Shown here one piece after another: positions 20,279 through 32,760 of a stretch of DNA of 64,000 bases. Below the pieces are notes generated by a model. It was not told where the DNA came from and ran no database searches. It was given only the letters and a program-made list of their open reading frames with translations. Source of the stretch: Halarcobacter sp. (lineage in GTDB: Bacteria; Campylobacterota; Campylobacteria; Campylobacterales; Arcobacteraceae); the NCBI GenBank assembly GCA_048571215.1, contig CP182352.1, forward strand, positions 3,104,001 through 3,168,000, in the 5' to 3' direction. The position numbers and the translations under genes are program-made. The number at the start of each line of letters is the position of its first letter. Positions within the stretch are counted from its first letter, which is position 1.

Positions 20279-21880
20279 TCACTCAAAATAATTTGATGCA
20301 GTTAAATCACTAATAAACTGTTTAATTAATTTTTTCGTAACATGACTCATAATATAAATATGTGCATATTCCCTTTTTTCACCATTAACATACAACTCTT
20401 CAGTAGATAATGAATATTTAAAAATCAATTTTTTATTTGGTTTTTTCATTCTAATAGTCAAAGAAAAAGGTGATCGTTGAATCCAGAGTTTATTTTTTTT
20501 ATCAAGATTTTTCAGTTTTTCATAGGTATAGTGTGCCATATTTTCAACTTTTACAACCTCTTTTACATGACTTTTAAAAGAGTTATTAGACAAATACTCC
20601 CAAAGTATAAGGGGTGAAAAACCATTTCTTGAGCCTGCAAAAGTAGTATCAGGAGAACCAATATACATAGGATCATCCACAGGTTTAAGTTGATATTTAA
20701 TACGCGACATATAAATCCCAGTAGGCCATGGGGAACCTATCCATTTATGACCACTCATTGATATGGAATGTATCTGTTTTAATCTAAAATCAAAAATAGG
20801 AAATTTATAATCTTTTGAAGGTTTTTTTATCAACTTTTGTTTTAATGCTTCTTCAATATATGGCATATAAGCAGCTCCTAATGCACCATCAACATGAAAC
20901 CAAAAGCCATTTCTTTTATTTTTTTTATTATTGTTATACTCAATATCTCTTTTATATAAACCATATTTTTTTAAAATAGGAATTATCTTATCAACAGCTT
21001 CTTTCACATTATCATATGCCCCTTTAAAAGTGCTTCCATAATTAAAAGATACAAGTATTGGATGCCCTTTTGAAGCAAAAAACTCTACAAGTTTTACTAA
21101 TGCTGGAATATATATGCTACCATCTTGATTTGATGGAACCTCTTTTGGCCATCCATTTTCTAAATACTTCAAGGAAAAGTCTTTTGGGTAGTCCTCTATT
21201 GTTAATGGACAATCATATTCTTTTTTCATTGCTTCATTAAAAAATGTTGATATTTTTAATACTTCCATAGCTTTAACTATAGAATAATGTGCATCTTGTG
21301 AATAAAATGATATAGGTATAAATTCGTTTTTATTATTATCTTTTGTTTTACCATATGCTGATATTAAATTTTGATTTATAAAACACTCTGTATTTTTTGA
21401 AAGTTTACTTAAGTGTTTTGTTTTAGTCTCTTTTTTTTCATCTATTAAAAGAAATTTACCCTCTAAATAATCTCTAGCGCTTAAAAGTCCAAAAATATTT
21501 GCTTCTGTACACCCCATTGAAACAACATATCCCCAAAACTCATCTTTTTTTAACTTTTTAGTTCTATCTTTATTATTCCAAAGCTTAGCAAAGTATCTTA
21601 ATACTTCCCTTTCAACAGCTTTTGTATTTGTAGTTAAGTTACCATCAACAAAGGGGTCTCCAACATTATTTAAAGATATATTTAAATACTGCGAATAATT
21701 TTTTTGATAATCTATTTTTTCATTAACCTGGTAACCTAAAAAATTCTTTTTTTGAGTAAACTCATAATCATCCAATTTATTCAAAACTTTTGTTTTTTTG
21801 ATTTTAGACATTTTTTGATTATCTATTTTAAAGATTTTATCATCCAAAGCTGACGTTGTATTATTCAAATAATTATTCAT
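20279..21880 (-). CDS. PLP-dependent group II amino-acid decarboxylase (histidine/serine decarboxylase-like; substrate unknown)
   Basis: FLGYQ, LNNVGDPF, HYSIVK, WFHVDGALG, PLP-lysine motif SGHKWIG, DTTFAGSRNG. Confidence 0.88.
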   Translation of the reverse strand: MNNYLNNTTSALDDKIFKIDNQKMSKIKKTKVLNKLDDYEFTQKKNFLGYQVNEKIDYQKNYSQYLNISLNNVGDPFVDGNLTTNTKAVEREVLRYFAKLWNNKDRTKKLKKDEFWGYVVSMGCTEANIFGLLSARDYLEGKFLLIDEKKETKTKHLSKLSKNTECFINQNLISAYGKTKDNNKNEFIPISFYSQDAHYSIVKAMEVLKISTFFNEAMKKEYDCPLTIEDYPKDFSLKYLENGWPKEVPSNQDGSIYIPALVKLVEFFASKGHPILVSFNYGSTFKGAYDNVKEAVDKIIPILKKYGLYKRDIEYNNNKKNKRNGFWFHVDGALGAAYMPYIEEALKQKLIKKPSKDYKFPIFDFRLKQIHSISMSGHKWIGSPWPTGIYMSRIKYQLKPVDDPMYIGSPDTTFAGSRNGFSPLILWEYLSNNSFKSHVKEVVKVENMAHYTYEKLKNLDKKNKLWIQRSPFSLTIRMKKPNKKLIFKYSLSTEELYVNGEKREYAHIYIMSHVTKKLIKQFISDLTASNYFE

Positions 21881-21987
21881 TTTAAACCCCTTTTTTTAAT
21901 TTGTTAAAGTAAACTTATTATAACCTAAATAAATAAGTTTATTATTATAATCTAATTTATTTATAAAAAAAGAATTTTAAAAAATAT

Positions 21988-22491
21988 TTAGTAGAGTTTT
22001 CCATATATATCAATATATGTAAGATATACTCTTAAATCGAACTCATATTGATGATAATTTGATTCCATAAAAGTGCAAAGCTTATAAAAAGATTTGTTGT
22101 GTTGTTTTTCTTTTAAATGAGCTAATTCGTGAATAACTATCATTCTAAGGAACTCTTCTGGTACATTTTTAAATAAAGTTCCTATTCGTATCTCATTTTT
22201 ACTTTTTAGTTTTCCACCTTGAACTCGTGATATAAAAGTGTGTAAACCTAAAGCATCATTTATAACATTGATTTTCCCATCATAAAGAACCTTACTAAGT
22301 GGTAAGGATTTTTTTAGAAACTGATTTTTTATATCTATTGTGTACTCATATAAAGCTTTATCACTTTTGTATTCATGGGAAGTTTTATATTTGCTAAGAA
22401 GATATTTATCTAATTTTTTATCTTCAATTAATTTAGCAATTTGTAAAACTATGTTTTTTGGATAGTGTTCAAGATATTTTAGTTTTTTCAT
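21988..22491 (-). CDS. YgjP/DUF45 family (M48-like) protein
   Basis: LKYL..YP start, GGKLKSKNEIRI, HELAHLKE..HNKSFY. Confidence 0.88.
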   Translation of the reverse strand: MKKLKYLEHYPKNIVLQIAKLIEDKKLDKYLLSKYKTSHEYKSDKALYEYTIDIKNQFLKKSLPLSKVLYDGKINVINDALGLHTFISRVQGGKLKSKNEIRIGTLFKNVPEEFLRMIVIHELAHLKEKQHNKSFYKLCTFMESNYHQYEFDLRVYLTYIDIYGKLY

Positions 22492-22506
22492 ATAAATTTT
22501 ATAAAG

Positions 22507-24231
22507 TTAAACCTCTTCTAACCTTTTGTCAAACTGAGCATTTAACTTATCAAGTTCATTTTGCAGTTGTTGTAATCTAGCTTGTTTTTTAGATTTTTCT
22601 GTTGGATTTAGCCCTTCAATCTCTTCTATCTCGGTTTTGATTGGTTTTGTTGCTTTGCTTTTTTCTGTAACAATTGCAGCTCTTAGTTTTTTTATCTCTT
22701 TTTTATTCCTTTTAGGTTTTACAACTTTCTTTTTTTCAGTTCCATCATCATCTTCCCAACCAATTTTTTCTAAAAACTCATCATAAGTTCCATTAAAATA
22801 ATCAGCTCCCTCGTTTGTAAATACAATCAATCTATCACAAACAGCTCTTAATAACTCCTCACTGTGAGTTACAATCATACAAGAACCCTCAAAGGCTTTA
22901 ATAGCATTTGTAAGTGCATCTATAGAATCAATATCCAAGTGGTTTGTTGGCTCATCTAGGAAAAGCAGATTTACATCTTGCGCTATTATTTTCCCTAGCA
23001 TAACTCTTGATTTTTCTCCACCTGAAAGAAGAGAGATTTTTTTCTTAGCATTATCTCCACTAAACATCATAATTCCACAAATAGTTCTAATAACAGCTTC
23101 TGGGAGTTTATGATTTACACTATAAATCTCATCCATTATTGTATTGTTTTGATTTAGATGTGAAATATTTGTTTGTCCAAAATGTCCAAAAACACAAGAT
23201 GGGTGAAAATCAACACCTCCACTTAAAGCTTCAAGTTCCCCTGCAATGGCATTTAATAAAGTTGATTTACCCTTACCATTTTTACCAATAATCCCAATAG
23301 TTTCACCTCTTGACAATGCAAAAGTTATATTTTTGAAAAGGATATTCTCTTTTGTGTAACCAAAAGATAAATCTTTTACTTCAACTAAAAATTTTGCCGC
23401 CGTATCTTTGTAGTTAAAATCAAATTTTAAATTTGCATCATATTCAATATCTTCTAAGATATCCATTTTTTCTAAGATTTTAACCTTTGATTGGGCTAAG
23501 GTTGCTGTTGCTGCTCTTGCTTTATTTTTAGCAATAAACTCTTCAAGATCTTTTATCTTTTTTTCTTGTGCAATTTTTTGTTTTTCGTGGTGCTCTTCAT
23601 TTGCTAATATTTGCTCATAAAATTTTCGCGTACCACCTTGAATTAAAAGAGCATTACGTCTTACTATACCCAAAGTATGTGTACAAACACTATCCATAAA
23701 ATCTCTATCATGGGTGATTAATATCACTTCCCCTTGAAATGATTTTAAAAAAGCTTTTAGCCAACGAATTGAAAGAATATCCAAGTAGTTTGTAGGCTCA
23801 TCAAGTAAAAGCATATTTGGTTCAGTTAAAAGTAGTTTTGCTAGATTTATCCTAATTTGAAAACCACCAGAAAAAGCCTTTGGGTCTTTTTCTAAATCCT
23901 CTTGTGTAAAACCAAGACCAAAAAGTATCTTCTCAGCCTTGTAAATATCATACTTATCCTCTTCACTTAAAGCTAATGCAGTTTCATCGATAAGTTTTTT
24001 TTCTGTAAAATCAAAATATTGTTTTAAAGCACCAATCTTATAAGCCTTAGGAAATTTTATCTCCCCACTATCAGCATGCTCTTCCCCAAGAATAAGTTTA
24101 AAAAGCGTTGATTTACCAGTACCATTACGCCCCACAAGACCAACCTTATCCCCTGCATTTAGTCGCAAATTTAGATCACTATACAGTTGGCTTGTTGGAT
24201 AACTTTTTGATATATTGATTAGTTCAATCAT
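22507..24231 (-). CDS. ABC-F family ATPase (ribosome-associated)
   Basis: Two ABC domains (GRNGTGKST, GKNGKGKST; DEPTN twice), no TM segments, C-terminal coiled coil. Confidence 0.93.
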   Translation of the reverse strand: MIELINISKSYPTSQLYSDLNLRLNAGDKVGLVGRNGTGKSTLFKLILGEEHADSGEIKFPKAYKIGALKQYFDFTEKKLIDETALALSEEDKYDIYKAEKILFGLGFTQEDLEKDPKAFSGGFQIRINLAKLLLTEPNMLLLDEPTNYLDILSIRWLKAFLKSFQGEVILITHDRDFMDSVCTHTLGIVRRNALLIQGGTRKFYEQILANEEHHEKQKIAQEKKIKDLEEFIAKNKARAATATLAQSKVKILEKMDILEDIEYDANLKFDFNYKDTAAKFLVEVKDLSFGYTKENILFKNITFALSRGETIGIIGKNGKGKSTLLNAIAGELEALSGGVDFHPSCVFGHFGQTNISHLNQNNTIMDEIYSVNHKLPEAVIRTICGIMMFSGDNAKKKISLLSGGEKSRVMLGKIIAQDVNLLFLDEPTNHLDIDSIDALTNAIKAFEGSCMIVTHSEELLRAVCDRLIVFTNEGADYFNGTYDEFLEKIGWEDDDGTEKKKVVKPKRNKKEIKKLRAAIVTEKSKATKPIKTEIEEIEGLNPTEKSKKQARLQQLQNELDKLNAQFDKRLEEV

Positions 24232-24283
24232 GAATCTTCTTTATATGTTTTGTTTTAATTTCGGGATTATAGGGTATAGTGGA

Positions 24284-24976
24284 TTATAGGTTGGTAAAAT
24301 GTTTTAATTTTTTTAAACTTTCATTAACTTGACTTTTAATCTCTTTGAAATCTAAATCAATTCTTTCTTTTTCATTTAAATAAACAGATTCATCATCAAT
24401 AGGTACTTTTTTATATTTTATAAAATTGATAATATCATTTGTTGATTTTATTTTACTATCCATCTTTGAAAATAATTCAATTATTTCTTTTTCTGATAAT
24501 ACATTATGTTCTAATAGACTTCCAAAATCAAATAAATCTCTCGATTTATCTCTCATAACTAATGCAACTATTTTTAATTTTGCAATTGATTTTAAATCTA
24601 ATATTTTAAGTTTGCTACTCTCAAAATTGGAAAAAGAAGCTTTTGATAATATTTCTTTTTGTATTAATCTATTTGCTTGAAAAAATTCTAATTTTACATC
24701 ATCAAGTATAAATTTAATTATATACTCATCTGGAAATAATCCAGCCATTCTCAATGCAGTTACATTTTCATCTTGTATTTTAATTGCTCCAATTGCAGTA
24801 ATACTAGGAATAATTTTTTTGTAAGGTAAAGCTTCTGCTGATACTATATCAATATCTTCTGAAATTCTATGGTTTAAATAATAAGCTAATGCTGTACCAC
24901 CAGTAAAATAAAGTTTAGAATCAAATATTTTGTTATTGCAAATTTTATCCAATACCTTTTTTACATTAGTTGTCAT
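24284..24976 (-). CDS. AbiEii/AbiGii nucleotidyltransferase toxin (type IV TA)
   Basis: FTGGTALAYYLNHRISEDID, K..ALVMRDKSRDLFD motifs. Confidence 0.9.
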   Translation of the reverse strand: MTTNVKKVLDKICNNKIFDSKLYFTGGTALAYYLNHRISEDIDIVSAEALPYKKIIPSITAIGAIKIQDENVTALRMAGLFPDEYIIKFILDDVKLEFFQANRLIQKEILSKASFSNFESSKLKILDLKSIAKLKIVALVMRDKSRDLFDFGSLLEHNVLSEKEIIELFSKMDSKIKSTNDIINFIKYKKVPIDDESVYLNEKERIDLDFKEIKSQVNESLKKLKHFTNL

Positions 24977-25415
24977 TTATTATTCCAAGAAGTTGTTTAT
25001 ACATATCATTTTGTTCAAACTTTCCACTTAAAGGTATATCTATTCCATTTGTAGAGATGAAACCTTTTGCATACATTTTTCTATATTTATCTTTTAAAAC
25101 ACTTTTTACCATATTTTTTCCAAATTGATTACATAATGTTTTAATATCATTTTGGTTCATAGTTGATAAATAATTTGAAATAATAGAATAAACTTTTTGT
25201 TCACTATTTTCATTTGTTTGCCAAAAAAGATTATAGGAATATTTGTTTGGTTCAAATACAACCATATCATCAAGATCCACAGCATTTATTTTTTCTTTTG
25301 CTTCAGCATAATCTAATGATTCTAATAGATTATAAAGTCTAGACCTATTTTTTTTCCAATCTCTTAAAGTTCTATCTGGTACATCTAACAATTTACTAAT
25401 TTGTTGTTGTGTCAT
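24966..25415 (-). CDS. Probable cognate antitoxin / HTH regulator
   Basis: ISKLLDVPDRTLRDWKK HTH; LFW motif; overlaps the toxin start by 11 nt. Confidence 0.7.
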   Translation of the reverse strand: MTQQQISKLLDVPDRTLRDWKKNRSRLYNLLESLDYAEAKEKINAVDLDDMVVFEPNKYSYNLFWQTNENSEQKVYSIISNYLSTMNQNDIKTLCNQFGKNMVKSVLKDKYRKMYAKGFISTNGIDIPLSGKFEQNDMYKQLLGIINDN

Positions 25416-25441
25416 AGCAAACCTTTAATAATTTTATTTAT

Positions 25442-25470
25442 ATTATAGGCGGTAATCGCCTATTTGTCAA
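25442..25470 (-). promoter_or_regulatory. Consensus sigma70 promoter with an operator palindrome in the spacer
   Basis: Minus strand TTGACA-17 nt-TATAAT; ATAGGCG-N5-CGCCTAT at 25445-25463. Confidence 0.85.
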
Positions 25471-25530
25471 TAAAATTAATTTTTTTGGTCAATATTTTTT
25501 AATTTATTAATAATTTTAGCTACAAAAGAA

Positions 25531-29067
<3,537 letters not shown>

Positions 29068-29233
29068 TTTATTAGCTCCTATTTATTTATATTAATTAGT
29101 GGAAGTAGTAGACCATGTGAAAAGATGAAAACATTATTCAAGAAGCTAATATCAGGCATTTTAGCCAGTGAATAACTCTTGTTTAATAATTCACATCTTT
29201 TCACATATTTTTCTAAAACTTTTTTTCCACTCC
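29068..29233. other. oriC: oriC2 subregion (DUE, DnaA-trios, DnaA boxes)
   Basis: AT-rich 29081-29096; TAG-TGG-AAG-TAG-TAG at 29097-29111; boxes TGTGAAAAG 29116, AGTGAATAA 29167, TAATTCACA 29187, CTTTTCACA 29197. Confidence 0.85.
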
Positions 29234-30541
29234 TTAATTTATGATTTTATTTTTTAAATTTTGAATGATAAGTTTAAAGTTTTCATCATTCTCAATTAGT
29301 TCATTTGTTTTTTGAATATTTTTAGAGATTGAACTATGATCTTTCATTCCTAAAAACTTTGCAATATCAGGCATTGAGTTATGTGTTAACTCCCTTGATA
29401 AGTATATTACTATTCTTCTTGCATTTGCCACAGTTGCAGTTCTTTTTTTAGATTTTATATCACTTGGCTTAATATTTAGTTCATTTGCAACAAGTGAGAT
29501 AATATCTGGCAGTTTTATATTCTCTTTTTTCTCTTTAATTTGTTCTTTTAAAAGATTTTTAGCAAACTCTAGGTTAATCTCTTGGTTAAGTAAAGAGGCA
29601 CTAGCATTGATTCTAATCAAAACCCCCTCTATCTCCCTAATAGAATTATCTAAGTTTGTAGCAATATAGTTAATAATCTCTCTACTTAGATTGATCCCAT
29701 TTAGTTCTGATTTTTTCTCAATAATAGCTATTTTAGTCTCTAATCCTGGGATTTGTATATCTGCTGTTAATCCCCATTCGAATCTTGATTTTAATCTATC
29801 AACAAGTCCAGCAATTTGAGATGGGAGTCTATCTGAGGTCATTACTATTTGTTTTTTTGCATTGTGCAATTCATTGAAGGTGTGAAAAAACTCCTCTTGA
29901 GTTTGTTCTTTTCCACTTAAAAACTGGATATCATCTATCAATAACACATCACATTTTCTGTATTTGTTTCTAAAGTGTTCCATATTTTTATTTTTGATTG
30001 AGAAGGTAAAATCATTCATAAACTGTTCAATTGTCACATATATAACAGTTCTTCCTTTTTCAATAGAGTCATTTCCTATTGCTTGTAAAAGGTGAGTTTT
30101 CCCTAAACCTGTACCACCATACAAAAATAAAGGATTATATTGCACACCTGGTTTATCAGATACTGCAAGTGAGGCATTATATGCCATTTGGTTAGAACTA
30201 CCAACAACAAAAGAATCAAAAGTATATGAAGGGTTTAAGATAGTGCTCTCTGCTGTTTCATTTTTTGCTTTTTCAGAGATAATCTCTTTTTTACTCTTTT
30301 TTTCACCTGTTATTTTTATCTCAATATCAGGCTTAGTTCCATCAAAAATTTCAAAGCAGTGTTGAATTATAGGGGTATATTTACTTTTTATCCAAGAGGC
30401 TACATATTTGTTTGTTACTTCAAAAACTGCTATTTTATCATCCGAAGAGATTTTTTTATAGTTTAGTTGTTTTAAATATTTTTTATAATCAGCAGGATTT
30501 GCCTCTTTTTTGATAATAGTCAAAAAATCTTTGCTCGTCAT
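29234..30541 (-). CDS. dnaA: Chromosomal replication initiator DnaA
   Basis: YNPLFLYGGTGLGKTHL, LLIDDIQF, RLKSRFEWG, KDHSS. Confidence 0.99.
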   Translation of the reverse strand: MTSKDFLTIIKKEANPADYKKYLKQLNYKKISSDDKIAVFEVTNKYVASWIKSKYTPIIQHCFEIFDGTKPDIEIKITGEKKSKKEIISEKAKNETAESTILNPSYTFDSFVVGSSNQMAYNASLAVSDKPGVQYNPLFLYGGTGLGKTHLLQAIGNDSIEKGRTVIYVTIEQFMNDFTFSIKNKNMEHFRNKYRKCDVLLIDDIQFLSGKEQTQEEFFHTFNELHNAKKQIVMTSDRLPSQIAGLVDRLKSRFEWGLTADIQIPGLETKIAIIEKKSELNGINLSREIINYIATNLDNSIREIEGVLIRINASASLLNQEINLEFAKNLLKEQIKEKKENIKLPDIISLVANELNIKPSDIKSKKRTATVANARRIVIYLSRELTHNSMPDIAKFLGMKDHSSISKNIQKTNELIENDENFKLIIQNLKNKIIN

Positions 30542-30729
30542 TAATACACACTCTTTATATATAAATTGTAAAGATTATATCTAAATTTATATTAAAAGTT
30601 TTTCACAGGTGAATAAAATTTTTATATAGGGTGAAAAACTATTAGGTTTTAAGTGAATATTTATTTGTTATTTACCATATTTTAGATACTTTTCATATGT
30701 GAATAAAAAAAAATAGGAAATGTGAAAAG
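30542..30729. other. oriC: oriC1 subregion / dnaA-ruvC divergent promoter with DnaA boxes
   Basis: TTTTTCACA 30599, GGTGAATAA 30608, TGTGAATAA 30698, TGTGAAAAG 30721. Confidence 0.75.
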
Positions 30730-31197
30730 TTGAAAATATTAGGAATAGACCCAGGTACAAAAAATTGTGGATATGCAGTTATTGAAAAAAATGGAAGAGA
30801 TATGAAACTGCTTGAAGCAGGCTTAGTGAAGATAAAAACAACTATACTTCAAGAGCAAATTGTAGAGATGACAGAGGGTCTTGATATGATATTTAAAAAA
30901 TATGATTTAAATGAAGTGGCCATAGAAGATATGTTTTATGCTTTTAATCCAAAAACTGTAATAAAACTTGCTCAATTTAGGGGAGCTATTTCACTAAAAG
31001 TTTTACAAGAGTTTGGTAATTTTGCAGAGTATACACCTTTGCAAGTAAAAAAAGCAGTTACTGGAAATGGGAAAGCACAAAAAGAGCAAGTAGCTTTTAT
31101 GGTAAAAAGACTTTTAGGAATAAAAAAAGAGATTAAACCCTTAGATATTACAGATGCTATTGCTATTGCTTTAACACATGCGCAAAGATTAAGATGA
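30730..31197 (+). CDS. ruvC: Holliday junction resolvase RuvC
   Basis: [38 protein letters not shown]. Confidence 0.97.
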   Translation: MKILGIDPGTKNCGYAVIEKNGRDMKLLEAGLVKIKTTILQEQIVEMTEGLDMIFKKYDLNEVAIEDMFYAFNPKTVIKLAQFRGAISLKVLQEFGNFAEYTPLQVKKAVTGNGKAQKEQVAFMVKRLLGIKKEIKPLDITDAIAIALTHAQRLR

Positions 31198-32075
31198 AAA
31201 ATCTTCCAATAATTGCTTTTTGGGCTTTAGGACTTATTTGGGGAAGTAATTTCATTTATATGAAAATGGCAGCTGTTTATATAAGCCCTATGCAAGTTGT
31301 TTTTTTTAGAGTTTTATTTGGATTTATTCCAGTATTGTTATATGCTATTTATACAAAAAGTTTAAAAATAGAAGATTTAAAATATAGTTTTCATTTTATT
31401 ATCATGTCTTTACTTGCAACGGTTATTTATTATTTTGGATTTGTAAAAGGTTGTGATTTGCTTTTATCAGGTGTTGCAGGGGCATTAAGTGGTTCCATCC
31501 CACTTTTTTCATTTTTATTAGCAGCTATTTTTTTAAAAGAAGAAAAAATTACAAAGTTAGCTTTTTTGGGTGTTTTTATCGGTTTTTTAGGAGTTATTCT
31601 AATAAGTGATGTTTTTAATGAAAACATTATGGCTTCAAGTATTGAAGGGATGTTTTCTATGATTTTAGGATCCTTAAGTGTAGGAGCATCTTTTATTTAT
31701 GCCAAAAAATATGTTATGCCTTTAAAACTAAAAGCTCAAGCACTTACTACTTATCAATTGGGTTTTGGGGTAGTGATTTTATTATTTATTACAGATTTTA
31801 ATGGGATAAATAATATTTGGCAAGATACTCATAGTGCTCTTGGTTTGGTAGTTGGTTTAGGATTGTTGGGTACTGGATTGGCTTATATTATTTATTATTA
31901 TATGATCGAAAAATTAGGGGCTTTGAAGGCTTCATCTATTACATATATTCCACCTGTTGTTGCACTTATTATTGCAGTATTTATTGTGGGAGAAGATATT
32001 AAATTAATCGATATCATTGCAACGGGAATGATATTTTTTGGTGTTTTCTTAATAAATAATAGAAAAAAAATATAA
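31194..32075 (+). CDS. DMT/EamA family transporter
   Basis: LIWGSNF, about 10 [13 protein letters not shown]. Confidence 0.9.
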   Translation: MKNLPIIAFWALGLIWGSNFIYMKMAAVYISPMQVVFFRVLFGFIPVLLYAIYTKSLKIEDLKYSFHFIIMSLLATVIYYFGFVKGCDLLLSGVAGALSGSIPLFSFLLAAIFLKEEKITKLAFLGVFIGFLGVILISDVFNENIMASSIEGMFSMILGSLSVGASFIYAKKYVMPLKLKAQALTTYQLGFGVVILLFITDFNGINNIWQDTHSALGLVVGLGLLGTGLAYIIYYYMIEKLGALKASSITYIPPVVALIIAVFIVGEDIKLIDIIATGMIFFGVFLINNRKKI

Positions 32076-32131
32076 TAGGGCATTTTAAAAAAAAGTTGTT
32101 ATAATTCCGCAGAAAAACTATAGGATACTTA

Positions 32132-32710
32132 ATGAAACGAATTGGAATTTTATCATCCCACAATGGTAGTGGATTTGATACTATACAAAAAGCCTGTTTA
32201 GAGAGGATTTTAGATGCACAAATAGTATTAGTAATCTCAAATAATTTTGATGCAAAGGTTTTGCAAAAAGCTTCAAATGACAATATCCCAAACTTTGTAA
32301 TAAACTCAAAAAAATTTCCACAAGAGAATTTAGATAAAAAAATAACTAAATTGATGTTGGAGTATAAAGTTGATTATATCTTTTTGTCTGGTTTTATGAA
32401 AAAACTAGAATCTAATTTAATCTCCACATATAAAAATAAAATCATAAATTCACACCCAGCACTTTTGCCAAAATTTGGTGGAAAAGGGATGTTTGGAGAC
32501 AATGTTCACAAAGCAGTATTAGAAGCAAAAGAAAAAAATACAGGTTGTACTATTCATTTTGTAAATGAAAATTATGATGAGGGTGAATATATTTTGCAAA
32601 AATCTTTAGAAATCACTGATGGAGACGATGTATCAAGTCTTTCTAATAGGGTGAAAAATTTAGAAGCAATTACAATTGTTGAAGCATTTAAAAAATTATT
32701 AACTAGATAG
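32132..32710 (+). CDS. purN: Phosphoribosylglycinamide formyltransferase
   Basis: INSHPALLPKFGG, GCTIHFVNENYDEG. Confidence 0.93.
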   Translation: MKRIGILSSHNGSGFDTIQKACLERILDAQIVLVISNNFDAKVLQKASNDNIPNFVINSKKFPQENLDKKITKLMLEYKVDYIFLSGFMKKLESNLISTYKNKIINSHPALLPKFGGKGMFGDNVHKAVLEAKEKNTGCTIHFVNENYDEGEYILQKSLEITDGDDVSSLSNRVKNLEAITIVEAFKKLLTR

Positions 32711-32760
32711 ATATAATTTATACTCTTTTAGGTATACTTTTTATAATAATTTTGTAGGAT

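Noticed and set aside
22507..24231. Antibiotic-resistance (ARE) ABC-F
   Set aside because: Nothing visible separates it from housekeeping ABC-F proteins; subfamily HMMs would be needed.
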